Positions 10,835 through 20,283 of a stretch of DNA of 64,000 nucleotides are shown here, piece by piece (position 1 is the stretch's first letter; the number at the start of each line of letters is the position of its first letter). Source of the stretch: an uncultured Acidobacteriaceae bacterium. Lineage in GTDB: Bacteria > Acidobacteriota > Terriglobia > Terriglobales > Acidobacteriaceae. The notes beneath the pieces were generated by a model. It had not been told where the DNA came from. It made no database searches and saw only the letters and a list, made by a program, of their open reading frames with translations. The stretch spans positions 500,476-564,475 of the forward strand of contig CAVUQI010000001.1 in assembly GCA_963743585.1 (NCBI GenBank), written 5' to 3'. A program made the translations under genes and the position numbers.

Positions 10835-10890
10835 GATCTTTCTAATCTGGTCTTTCCATTCCGGTCTGTCCAATCCGGTCTTTCTAATTT
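10835..10890. repeat. Four tandem copies of a 14-bp unit (consensus GGTCTTTCYAATYY)
   Basis: gatctttctaatct / ggtctttccattcc / ggtctgtccaatcc / ggtctttctaattt, ending 11 nt upstream of the TTG start at 10823 (minus-strand gene). Confidence 0.85.
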
Positions 10891-11253
10891 AGAACGATTA
10901 TAGGCGGCGGAGTTTGCGTTCGTGAGTGCGATAAAAGCGGGCGAAGCTACGTTGGTAACCCGCAAATTTCTCTGCAAGTTTCTGATTCTGCCGCGATCAC
11001 CAGTTGTCGGGTACGCGCGGAAGAGTGCCACGAAGGGTCAGGCTCCATGACACAATTTGGCAGGTGCGCCAGCCGATGGCAGGATATAATGGCCCTAAAG
11101 TTTCATACCGTATTGAAAATAACGGAATTGCAGGGCACCGGTGGGAACCAAGGTAACTAGCGGGTTTGGTCTGGCAAGTGCGAACATCAAGCCCGACTGC
11201 GTCATTCCATGACCAGCACGAAACTAAAAGTCCAAGACGAGGGGAAAATAGAG

Positions 11254-11763
11254 ATGCGGAAGCAACAGAAGGGTTTCTCACTGATCGAGCTGCTGATCGT
11301 GGTTGCCATCATCCTGATCATTGCAGCTATTGCTATTCCAAACTTGATGCGTGCACGTATGGCAGCCAACAACTCATCGGCGGCTGGTTCCGAGCACACC
11401 ATCATCGTCGGCGAAGTTGGGTATTATGGCGCGTATCCGGCCACGGGGTATTCCACCCTCGCGATGTTGGGCGGTGCGGCCACGCCTTGCATTCCGGGAA
11501 CGGCCAATGGCTGCTTGATCGACAACAACCTGGCCACCAACGGCGGCGGCCTGGGCAAGAGCGGCTTCAACTTCGCGGCCACTCCGGGTGGCGCGGCGGC
11601 AACTGGCTGGAACTATTACACCACCGGAACTCCGATGTCGAACGTAACCGGCACGGAAGCTTTCTGCGCGGTTGACGACGGCGTGCTGCGCGATACTCCG
11701 ACGGCGATTGCTATTGCCGGTAGCTACACTGTTTGCCAGGGATGGACTCCTAGCCAGAACTAG
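11254..11763 (+). CDS. Prepilin-type N-terminal cleavage/methylation domain protein (type IV pilin / T2SS pseudopilin-like), copy 1
   Basis: MRKQQKG|FSLIELLIVVAIILIIAAIAIPNLMRARMAANNSSA. GAGGGG upstream of ATG 11254. Four Cys in the C-terminal half. Confidence 0.85.
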   Translation: MRKQQKGFSLIELLIVVAIILIIAAIAIPNLMRARMAANNSSAAGSEHTIIVGEVGYYGAYPATGYSTLAMLGGAATPCIPGTANGCLIDNNLATNGGGLGKSGFNFAATPGGAAATGWNYYTTGTPMSNVTGTEAFCAVDDGVLRDTPTAIAIAGSYTVCQGWTPSQN

Positions 11764-11809
11764 TTAGTTCGGGCAACGAGTACTTCTGGATGTCATTTCT
11801 GGAAGTCAA

Positions 11810-11842
11810 GGGCAGCGGACAAAATCCGCTGCCCTTTCTTTT
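11810..11842 (+). terminator. Rho-independent terminator after pilin copy 1
   Basis: GGGCAGCGG-acaaaat-CCGCTGCCC followed by TTTCTTTT. Confidence 0.8.
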
Positions 11843-12140
11843 CTGATCCTAGAAGCCCATCGTGCGGGCTGGCATTTGGAGTCTTTCCGATCTCGCTGAG
11901 ACCGCAATGTTCTTGGCTCGTTTCGATTCAATTTGTCACAAATTGTCAACCTCAAGCGACGCATTCTGCCAGAGTCTCGCCAGATTGTCCCGCCAGGAGC
12001 TTTCCTATCTACTGAAACAAAGACACTTCCGCAGTCCCGGTAGCACCTAGGTAATTAGAATGAGTGGCCGTTCATGTGCGATACCCAATGCGAACGTCTG
12101 CTGTGGCAAGCAACTTAGCGAAAATGGAGACATTGTAAAA

Positions 12141-12650
12141 ATGGAGCGTCGACAAAAAGGTTTCTCATTGATCGAACTGTTGATTGTGGTTGCAATTATC
12201 CTGATCATCGCAGCGATTGCTATTCCAAACCTGATGCGTGCCCGCATGGCAGCCAACAACTCATCGGCGGCTGGTTCCGAGCACACCGTCATCGTCGGCC
12301 AAGTCGGCTATTACGGAGCGTATCCGGCAACCGGCTATGCCACTCTGGCTCGGCTCGGCGGCGCGGCCACGCCTTGCGTTCCGGGAACGGCCAACGGCTG
12401 CTTGATCGACAACAACCTGGCCACCAATGGCGGCGGCCTGGGCAAGAGCGGCTTCAACTTTGCGGCCACTCCGGGTGGCGCGGCAACGACTGGGTGGAAC
12501 TATTACACCACTGGGACTCCGATGTCGAACGTGACCGGCACGGAAGCCTTCTGCGCGGTTGACGACGGCGTGCTCCGCGATACTCCGACGGCGATTGCCA
12601 TCGCGGGTACTTACACGGCTTGCCAGGGATGGACTCCTAGCCAGAACTAA
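12141..12650 (+). CDS. Prepilin-type N-terminal cleavage/methylation domain protein, copy 2
   Basis: MERRQKG|FSLIELLIVVAIILIIAAIAIPNLMRARMAANNSSA. Differs from copy 1 at only a few residues. Confidence 0.85.
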   Translation: MERRQKGFSLIELLIVVAIILIIAAIAIPNLMRARMAANNSSAAGSEHTVIVGQVGYYGAYPATGYATLARLGGAATPCVPGTANGCLIDNNLATNGGGLGKSGFNFAATPGGAATTGWNYYTTGTPMSNVTGTEAFCAVDDGVLRDTPTAIAIAGTYTACQGWTPSQN

Positions 12651-12697
12651 CTAGTTCGGGCAACGAGTACTTCTGGATGTCGTTTCTGAAAGTCAAA

Positions 12698-12732
12698 GGG
12701 CAGCGGTCAAAATCCGCTGCCTTTATTACTTT
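12698..12732 (+). terminator. Rho-independent terminator after pilin copy 2
   Basis: GGGCAGCGG-tcaaaat-CCGCTGCC followed by TTTATTACTTT. Confidence 0.75.
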
Positions 12733-13038
12733 CCCTTCGCACCTTCCGGTGAGTTTCGCTTTCCGACAATTTCTGTCACTTCAGATTGACGCTTTGCGGC
12801 TTGGATGCCTGGCCGCCTATGGTTGCCAGCAGTTACCCGCAAATCCATGCCGTCCGCTGAGGCGGGTTCGGATGATTCTGCCTTTCTTTTCCGGCACCTA
12901 CACCCTGGGCAAGGAAATGCTGCGCATCGTTACCAGAGTACCTGCGTCGCGGCAGGCTGCTTGGCCCCCTAAATGCCACCTGTTTGGTGGACCGGCTATC
13001 GCTGAAGGAGCGTGGAAGTCCACGCGTGTGCAGCAAAC

Positions 13039-13563
13039 ATGAAGCTAATGCGAGAACAAAACGGGTTTTCACTGATCGAGCTTCTGATCGTGATCGCCAT
13101 CATCCTGATCATCGCGGCGATTGCCATTCCGAACCTGATGCGGGCCCGCATGGCGGCCAACGATTCGTCAGCGGCGGGCTCGATCCACGCGATCAACGTT
13201 GCCGAGGTCGGGTATTTCGTAGGCTATGAGAATGTCGGCTTTCCGGCGACCTTGCTTCCTCTGGGTGGCGCTGCCCCCTGCGTTCCAAGCGTGGCAACGG
13301 CATGCCTGATCGACAACAATCTGGCCACCAATGGCGGAGGTAATGGCAAGAGCGGATATCAGTTTGCTGCGACGGGATCGGCGACTGCGGCCAGCCCGAA
13401 CAACAATGCGTTCTATGCCACAGCCACTCCTAACAGCGCTTCTACCGGTTCCCGCGCGTACTGCGCCACGGATGACCTGGTGATTCGCCTTCAACCAGCC
13501 GGCACGATCACCCTGGTAGGCTCCTATGCCTCGTGTGAGGCCTTGGGCGCCATGATGAATTAA
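13039..13563 (+). CDS. Prepilin-type N-terminal cleavage/methylation domain protein, copy 3 (diverged)
   Basis: MKLMREQNG|FSLIELLIVIAIILIIAAIAIPNLMRARMAANDSSA. Shares the CLIDNNLATNGGG.GKSG core with copies 1 and 2; the C-terminal half is divergent. Confidence 0.8.
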   Translation: MKLMREQNGFSLIELLIVIAIILIIAAIAIPNLMRARMAANDSSAAGSIHAINVAEVGYFVGYENVGFPATLLPLGGAAPCVPSVATACLIDNNLATNGGGNGKSGYQFAATGSATAASPNNNAFYATATPNSASTGSRAYCATDDLVIRLQPAGTITLVGSYASCEALGAMMN

Positions 13564-13721
13564 TAGCTTCGGCTTTCCCGGTCTCCCCGCTGGGGGCCGC
13601 GTCTTCCAGGCGTTGCTTGCTTTTACTTTCGTAATCTTCCGACAACAGCCCACTGCTTTACTCGCTACCTAATTCGCTTATAATTTTTCCAGATACCGCA
13701 TGGCTCTTCATTGAAACGCAC

Positions 13722-14672
13722 ATGCCTGCAATAGAAATCTTGGGACTGGAAAAGACTTACAAAGTGGGCTTCTGGCGCAAGCGCCCGAAGCAAGCACTTC
13801 GTCCGCTCCACCTCCAGGTTGAAGAAGGGGAGATTTTTGGCTTTCTCGGCCCTAACGGAGCGGGTAAAACCACTACGCTAAAATTGCTGATGGGCCTGGT
13901 CTTCCCGAGCGCCGGATCGGCACGCATCCTGGGCCGCGAATGGACAGATCCCGCGGTAAAAGCGCAGATCGGTTTTCTTCCCGAGCAGCCCTACTTCTAC
14001 GACTACCTGACAGCTCACGAACTGCTGGAATACTACGGGCAACTTTCCGGCGTTCCGGGCAAACAGCGAAGGCAGCGAATCGAACAAGTTTTACAACAAG
14101 TGGGCCTGCGCGATGTACGCGGAGTGCAACTGCGGAAGTTTTCCAAAGGAATGCTGCAGCGCGTAGGAATCGGCCAGGCAATTCTGCACGATCCCAAGCT
14201 CGTATTTTTCGACGAGCCAATGTCTGGGCTCGATCCCATGGGACGCCGCGAAGTGCGCGACCTGATGGAGCAGCTGAAACAGCAGGGCAAAACCGTGTTC
14301 TTCTCCACGCACATTCTCTCCGACGCCGAAGCGCTGTGTGACCGTGTTGCCATTATTAACAAAGGCGAAGTGCTCCGCGTGGGCGCGGTTGAAGATTTGA
14401 CTTCGAGTGTGCGCGGCAAAGTCGAAGTGATTTGGCAGGGCACGCAGATTCCTCAATCAATCAAGGCGTTGGGCGCAGAGTGCCACGTCGCCGCTGAAAC
14501 CGTGCGCGCCGTGATCGACGAAAAACAGCAGGACCTGGCCATCGATGCATTGCGCCGCGAACGTTTGCGCCTGATTGCGGTAATTCCGGTGCGCACTTCG
14601 CTGGAAACTTACTTCGTCGAAAAACTGCGGCACGCCGAAACCGCGGCCAATTCGATCGCAGGCGGCGCGTGA
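13722..14672 (+). CDS. ABC transporter ATP-binding protein
   Basis: Walker A GPNGAGKTTT, signature FSKGMLQRV, Walker B LVFFDEP. Confidence 0.9.
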   Translation: MPAIEILGLEKTYKVGFWRKRPKQALRPLHLQVEEGEIFGFLGPNGAGKTTTLKLLMGLVFPSAGSARILGREWTDPAVKAQIGFLPEQPYFYDYLTAHELLEYYGQLSGVPGKQRRQRIEQVLQQVGLRDVRGVQLRKFSKGMLQRVGIGQAILHDPKLVFFDEPMSGLDPMGRREVRDLMEQLKQQGKTVFFSTHILSDAEALCDRVAIINKGEVLRVGAVEDLTSSVRGKVEVIWQGTQIPQSIKALGAECHVAAETVRAVIDEKQQDLAIDALRRERLRLIAVIPVRTSLETYFVEKLRHAETAANSIAGGA

Positions 14673-14728
14673 TATGAGGCGTACGACATGAGGCGGATTA
14701 CGAGGCGCACGATTACGAGGCCCATGAT

Positions 14729-15505
14729 ATGAGAAGCAGCATTGCCCACATTGCGTCCAATACCTTCCGCGAAGCCGTACGCGACCGCGTGCTCTATAAT
14801 CTGATCGCCTTCGCCCTGCTGCTTTCCGGGGCGGCGATTCTGGTCGGCCAGATTTCCATTGAGATCGAGAAGTTGGTGGTCATCAATCTCGGCCTGACGG
14901 CGGTATCGTTATTCGGCGTGGTCATCGCCATTTTTATCGGGATTGGACTCGTCTCCAAGGAAATCGAAAAGCGCACGCTCTACACCGTTCTTTCGCGCCC
15001 GGTTCGCCGCTGGGAGTTCATTATCGGCAAGTTTTTTGGACTGGCCGGCACCTTAACGGTGAATACGTTCTTCATGGCGATCGGCGTGTTCGCGGCTTTG
15101 TTTTATGTATCGCACAAGTTCGTGAGCGCCGACGGCCTGATTTTTGTTGCCCTGTACTTCATCATTCTCGAGTTTTTAATCATCTGTTCTTTGGCGCTAT
15201 TGTTCTCGTCGTTTTCTTCACCATTGCTCTCGGCTGTGTTCGCTTTTTCGTTGTTCGTGATTGGAAACTTCGCCGAGGATCTCCGCGGTTTTGCAGCCAT
15301 GGCCCACGGCCTAACCCGCTGGCTGGCGACGGGTGCGGCGTACCTGGTGCCCAATTTCTCCGCCTTCAACGTGATTACTTCGATCGCCCACGGGCAGCCG
15401 GTCGCAGGACACTTGATTCTACAGAACACTTTCTATGCCCTGTTCTACGCCACCATGGCGCTCAGCGGGGCCGTGCTCATCTTCGAGCATCGCGATTTGA
15501 AATGA
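14729..15505 (+). CDS. ABC-2 type transporter permease
   Basis: About 6 TM helices; immediately downstream of the ABC ATPase; start/stop overlap with the next gene. Confidence 0.75.
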   Translation: MRSSIAHIASNTFREAVRDRVLYNLIAFALLLSGAAILVGQISIEIEKLVVINLGLTAVSLFGVVIAIFIGIGLVSKEIEKRTLYTVLSRPVRRWEFIIGKFFGLAGTLTVNTFFMAIGVFAALFYVSHKFVSADGLIFVALYFIILEFLIICSLALLFSSFSSPLLSAVFAFSLFVIGNFAEDLRGFAAMAHGLTRWLATGAAYLVPNFSAFNVITSIAHGQPVAGHLILQNTFYALFYATMALSGAVLIFEHRDLK

Positions 15506-16426
15506 AGTATCGTCGCAAAATCACAGGGATCGCGGCCGCGGCGTTGATTGCGTCGCTGGCTGCCAGCTCGTTTGTGCTGCATCGCGTCGACCAACAGCGT
15601 CCGCAGGCCACGCTTGATGAAGTCCTGTTTCTAAGTTCGCCGACGGTGATCAAGCGCGCCAGTCTTGGCTATAACGGCCTGATGGCTTGCATCTACTGGA
15701 CCCGGGCCGTGCAATATTTCGGAAACCGCCAGCATTATTACGCGGCCAGATACAGGCTGTTGGCGCCGCTGCTGGAGATCACTACGCATCTCGATCCGCA
15801 ACTCATCATCGCTTACGAATTCGGCGCCAGCTTCTTATCGCCAAAACCCCCGCAGGGAGCGGGAGAGCCCCAGCGTGCGGTGGAGTTGATGCAGTACGGA
15901 ATCCAGCACAATCCCGATAACTGGCACCTCTATTACGACCTCGGCTTCGTTTACTACATGGACCTCCAGGACTATAAAAAAGCCGCCGAGGTCTTCGAGC
16001 GGGGATCGCAGGTGCCCCAATGCTCATCCGTTTCTCAAGATCCTGGCCGCGCAAATGGCACAGCACGCCGGCGAATATCAGACCGCCCGCATGTTATGGT
16101 CGGCCACCTATGAGAGCACGCAGGACAAACAAATCAAAGAAAATGCTATCGAACACCTGCGCGCGCTGCGCGTCGATGAGGACGTTCAGCACCTGCAGGA
16201 AGCTGTCACCCGCTTCGGCGAGAGCACTGGTCGCTTACCGACGAGCTTAGCGGAACTTGCCGCCGCCGAACACCTGCCGGGAATTCCGGTCGACCCGGAT
16301 GGCAATCCCTACAAGCTGACTCCCGACGGCCGCGTGGAAGTTCGCAACCCCGATGATTTTTCTTTCGCGACCCGCGGATTCCCGCCTGGATACAAGCCCG
16401 TGCCTACGCTGCGCAACTTTCATTAG
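15502..16426 (+). pseudogene. TPR-like accessory protein of the ABC-2 operon, frameshifted
   Basis: ORFs 15502..16113 and 16055..16426 join as ...FERGSQVP | NAHPFLKILAAQMAQHAGEYQTARMLW... The frames join by skipping one C of the CCCC run at 16015..16018; length 3n+1. N-terminal TM anchor. Confidence 0.6.
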
Positions 16427-16481
16427 TCCCACATTTTCGCCCTTCCGGATTTTCTTTCCTGGTGATCGTTATGATTGCGGA

Positions 16482-17273
16482 ATGGAGAGCAACGATCGCT
16501 TGCCGTTTCGGGTCCAGTTGTTTCGCTCTGTGCGGCCATGGTGGAACGAAATCGCCTCCGACGAGGGACATTTGGTCGCGGCGCGGCGACTCGCGACCGC
16601 ATTGTGGGAATTCATCCGCGACTCCTCGCCTCAGCGACGCCGGCTACGCTACGGTGATGCAGAATTCGATTGGGACCACCGCGTCGACACCACCAGCGCC
16701 AGCGTTTCCTGGCGAGACCGCCTGCTCGGACTGTTTCACTCGCCCTATCAGCCGACCGAAGCCGCGTTGTTTCATGAGATGCTTTCTGCTCTGCGGGAGC
16801 AAACCGGTTGCGACTTTCGGGATTTTATCTTTATCGATCTCGGCTCGGGAAAAGGACGTGCGCTGTTGATGGCCTCGGACTATCCGTTTCGCCGCATCGT
16901 CGGCGTGGAGCTTCTGCCACAATTGCATCGCGCTGCGCAGGACAATTTAACGAAATACAGAAGCGAGACTCAGCAGTGCTTTGTCGTGCAGTCGATTTGC
17001 GCTAACGCTGCGGAGTTTCGCTTTCCGGAAGAGCCAATCGTGCTTTATCTTTTCAATCCACTTCCAGAACCTGGGCTTAGACGTGCGCTGACAAATCTGA
17101 AGAGCAGCTTGCGCCGGCATCCACGAACGGTTTACGTCCTGTATCACAACCCGTTGCTCGAGCATGTATTCAGCGAGAGCCCGGCGTGGGGAAAAATTGG
17201 CGGGACGCATCAGTACGCGATCTACCAGTTTGTCCGTACGAAGTTGGCTTGCGAGGAACCACCTCGCGGCTGA
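16482..17273 (+). CDS. Class I SAM-dependent methyltransferase
   Basis: Motif I FIDLGSGKGRALLMAS. ATG 16482 chosen over the upstream ORF start. Confidence 0.75.
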   Translation: MESNDRLPFRVQLFRSVRPWWNEIASDEGHLVAARRLATALWEFIRDSSPQRRRLRYGDAEFDWDHRVDTTSASVSWRDRLLGLFHSPYQPTEAALFHEMLSALREQTGCDFRDFIFIDLGSGKGRALLMASDYPFRRIVGVELLPQLHRAAQDNLTKYRSETQQCFVVQSICANAAEFRFPEEPIVLYLFNPLPEPGLRRALTNLKSSLRRHPRTVYVLYHNPLLEHVFSESPAWGKIGGTHQYAIYQFVRTKLACEEPPRG

Positions 17274-17286
17274 CTATGCAGTCTGA

Positions 17287-18354
17287 CTACGCAGCTTTCT
17301 TTGCGCTATCTTTCAGCAGTCCGAGGCGCATGAGGCTTTCGGCAGTGGCGATAATCGATTCTTCTCTTGATCGCGGCGACCAGCCGAGCATGCTCTTCGC
17401 TTTTTCGGCGGTGGCGTTTTTTCTATTGCCGAGTTCGGGGACGATCTGCTTCACGGCAGCGTCGCGCAGCGCCGCAAGACGTATCACAAAGTTCGGCAAT
17501 TGCATCGTAGGAACTCTTTTTGCAGCCTGGCCCAAACTCGTTTTCAGAATCTTCGCGGTTTCGAGAGTGGATAGAAAATTTCCGGCGACGGCGAGAAAAC
17601 GCTCACCACTAGCAGCGGGGTGGGTCATGGCGCGGAGGTGCAGATCGGCAACATCACGCACGTCGACGGCGCCGAAATACAGTTTCGGAAGGCCGGGGAC
17701 GGCCCCATCCAACAGGCGCTGCACGATGAGGATTGAAGTGGAATAGTCCGGCCCCAGAACCGGGCCGAAAACGCCAACGGGATTCACGACGGAAAGCCCC
17801 AATCTTCCGCCATCTTTATTCGCGGCTTCGCTCTCGATGAAATCCCAGGCGGCACGTTCCGCCAAAGTTTTCGATTTCACGTAGGGAGTTACACCTTCGC
17901 CATTCACATCTGTCCAGTCTCTTTCCGTGAATGACTCTGTTTGCGGCTTGTGGCCATAACCGATCGCCGCAAAAGAAGAAGTCAGAACAACGCGTTGTAC
18001 TCCGGCGTCACGCGCGGCGCGCAACACGCGGAGCGTGCCTTCCCGTGCGGGCACGATCAACTCGTTTTCATTCTTTGGGACAGTCGGTGGAAATGGCGAC
18101 GCCACGTGCAGAACGTATTCGCAGCCGGAAACTGCTTCCATCCAACCGGCGTCGCTCCCGAGATCGGCGGCGAAGAATTGCAATCGGCTGCCCGGATCGG
18201 CTCCACCTTGTCTCAGCATGGCGCGAACGTTGGCTTCGCGCTTCAGGTTGCGAACCGTGGTCCGTACGTCGTGTCCTGCCGCGAGCAACTTGAGGATGCA
18301 ATGACTGCCGATGAATCCCGAACCACCGGTGACGAGAACTTTGCTCATTGTCAT
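17287..18354 (-). CDS. SDR family NAD(P)-dependent epimerase/reductase (aldehyde/dihydroflavonol reductase-like)
   Basis: Rossmann motif VLVTGGSGFIGSH; YxxxK region (YVKSK). Confidence 0.85.
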   Translation of the reverse strand: MTMSKVLVTGGSGFIGSHCILKLLAAGHDVRTTVRNLKREANVRAMLRQGGADPGSRLQFFAADLGSDAGWMEAVSGCEYVLHVASPFPPTVPKNENELIVPAREGTLRVLRAARDAGVQRVVLTSSFAAIGYGHKPQTESFTERDWTDVNGEGVTPYVKSKTLAERAAWDFIESEAANKDGGRLGLSVVNPVGVFGPVLGPDYSTSILIVQRLLDGAVPGLPKLYFGAVDVRDVADLHLRAMTHPAASGERFLAVAGNFLSTLETAKILKTSLGQAAKRVPTMQLPNFVIRLAALRDAAVKQIVPELGNRKNATAEKAKSMLGWSPRSREESIIATAESLMRLGLLKDSAKKAA

Positions 18355-18475
18355 TTGAGCGTATCACGGCAAATAATCCGCGATTTTGGCTGACACAGCC
18401 TTGCAGAAGTTCTCAAGGCGGTTCGAATGCATGGCATTCCTGTAACGTTGTGCCGATAACTTACACGATCTCCGC

Positions 18476-19856
18476 CTACTGCGCTAATTCTTTGCGGACG
18501 CGAGCCATCAGCCTCCGGTATTCGGAATCGTTTTGTAGTGCCGGAATCGGCGGGTCTGACGTGAGAAGGCCGGCCTCGCGGCGGTCAAAAGCGAGTTGGA
18601 GGTAGGTGAGCGCATCCCTGGTTCTGCCGAGAGCGGCGTACGAGACTGCCAGATCGTAGGCATTTCCACCCCCGCCGTCGACTGCCGCTTTCTGCAGGGG
18701 TAGTTGAGCTTGCAGCATCCCTCTCGGGCCGCCGGAGGAGAATCCCTCGGCGCGGGCATCAGCGAGCGCCAGGCCTGCCAGGTCGTGGCGCAACTCAGCG
18801 ACCGTGCGCCACTCAGCAACGGCCTTTGCATAGTCCCGCTGCTCCCACGCGATTCTTGCAAGGTAATAATGAGTGGATGAAAGAGACGGATCGGTAGTTT
18901 CGAGCTGCTTGAGCAAGGCGAGCCCCTCAGAATGGCGGCCAGCAGACCACAATAGGTATCCCTTGTCGGCGAGCAGTGCGGTCGATGCGGGCTCGAGGCG
19001 CTGCGCCTGATCGATCTGATCGATGGCATCCGGAAAACGATGGAGCGCCATCAGATAGGTCGCATACCAGTGGTGGGCGCGCACCAGATCGGGATTCAAC
19101 TGCAAAGCGCGCTTGAATTCGCGCTCGGCGGTCGCTGCCTTCCACAACCACCAGAAGGTTGCAAAGGCGAGCGAGTTGTGGGCCTGGGCGGAGGTGTCGT
19201 CAAGTTGGACCGCGCGCTGTGCGGCAGCGAGTGCGCGCGGGTAAGCCTCGGCCGCAGGCATGACTCCGAATTCGCGCAGCAGGTTATAACAGTCGGCGAG
19301 TCCGACGTAGGCTTCGGCATTGCCGGGATCTCGGACGATGGCCTGCGTGAAATAGTCGATCGCCTGGGTGAGGTCATCGGGTGTGCGACGGCTCCAGAAA
19401 TAGCGTCCCTTGAGGTAGAACTCCTGGGCTTGTGTGTTGGATGAATGGTGGCTGGCTGCGCTCGCGAATCGAAATGCGCCACGCTGTCCCAGGTAAATAA
19501 TCAGCAAAACAATCAACAAGAACGACGCCGACACGGCAGCCCATAGCGCTCGGGTGTGGGCCCTCGCGGCGGTCGACCCGAAGTTCGGTCCTTGACTTGC
19601 CGCCTCGACTGCGTCCTCGTGGGCCGGTTTATCGAAGGCTGGTTCTGCCGCTATGGTTCCTGCTGAATCTCCGGTTGGAGGGGCCAACTCCGGCAGAGTT
19701 GGCGATTCTGAATTGAGGTCTTCGGGACCGGCTTTTCAGCCAATCGGCCAGCTCCCGAGTGTAGGCAAAAACTGAGCTGCGGCCGTTCCCCGGAAGCCGA
19801 TGAACGGGGAGACCGCGTTCCGACTCCCAGCGCTTGACGGTGCGCTCGGCGCGGCC
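18476..19856 (-). pseudogene. HTH (ERTVKRWE-type) + TPR regulator, 3' fragment, separated from its 5' end by the IS insertion and carrying one further frameshift
   Basis: The minus strand reads GRAERTVKRWESERGLPVHRLPGNGRSSVFAYTRELADWLK, then needs a 1-nt skip in the A-run (plus strand TTTT 19733..19736) to continue as AGPEDLNSESPTLPELAPPTGDS... into the 403-aa TM+TPR ORF. Length 3n+1. Confidence 0.75.
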
Positions 19857-19864
19857 AAAAAAAG
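19857..19864. repeat. Target-site duplication AAAAAAAG (left copy)
   Basis: Identical 8-mer at 21778..21785, directly abutting the inverted repeats. Confidence 0.8.
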
Positions 19865-19907
19865 GGCATTAAATCACAAGACTCACCTAGCGTGGTAAAC
19901 TCTATGA

Positions 19908-20282
19908 ATGGCCTTCGTACAATTTTCCAGTGGCTTCACGCCACAGCAACAAAAGAAAATCATCGACGCAGTAAGCCCAAAGCTGCGCGGCTGCTCGGCG
20001 TGCGGCCAAAATGCATGGCAACTGATGACGGAGGGTGTCGTTCAGATGCCGATTGCACCGAATCCCGGAGCATTAGCATCGGCATTCTACTCGCAGCCCC
20101 CAAACTATGCGGATGCAGCCATGTATGGTCTCATCGGTCCAACCCCTCCGCGAACGTTGCCATGCATCGCGCTTATGTGCAGCAACTGCGGTCATTTGCA
20201 GTTTTACAGTGTGCTTCAGCTTGGTCTCGGTGTTGCGCTTGGAGTCGTGGCATCGCTCATCCCAGAGCCGGAGGGACAATAG
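19908..20282 (+). CDS. Passenger gene A: 124-aa hypothetical protein with CxxC...CxxC (zinc-ribbon-like) and a hydrophobic C-terminus
   Basis: CSACG at about residue 29 and CSNCGH at about residue 91. Its coding end contains GGAGGG, placed as an SD for the next gene. The region is visibly less GC-rich than its surroundings. Confidence 0.6.
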   Translation: MAFVQFSSGFTPQQQKKIIDAVSPKLRGCSACGQNAWQLMTEGVVQMPIAPNPGALASAFYSQPPNYADAAMYGLIGPTPPRTLPCIALMCSNCGHLQFYSVLQLGLGVALGVVASLIPEPEGQ

Positions 20283-20283
20283 G

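Larger units (their letters stand above)
11254..12732 (+). repeat. Tandem duplication (about 887-888 bp period) of pilin gene plus 3' UTR and terminator
   Basis: Copies 1 and 2 are both 510 nt and collinear. The 70 nt after the stop codon, including the terminator hairpin, are near-identical. Confidence 0.85.

Noticed and set aside
10835-10890. CRISPR-like array.
   Set aside because: The units are 14 bp and directly adjacent without spacers. No cas genes are nearby.
11040-12140. Sigma-54 (-24 GG / -12 GC) promoters upstream of the pilin genes, e.g. TGGCAAGCAACTTAGC at about 12104..12119.
   Set aside because: The GG-to-GC spacing is off by one, the TTGC element is not intact, and there is no equivalent upstream of copy 1.
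19651-19869. 72-aa ORF starting MPFFWPRR.
   Set aside because: Its ATG lies inside the IS inverted repeat and it reads the HTH region out of frame. It is a chimeric artefact of the insertion. The 7-A run here is the target duplication, not a frameshift site.
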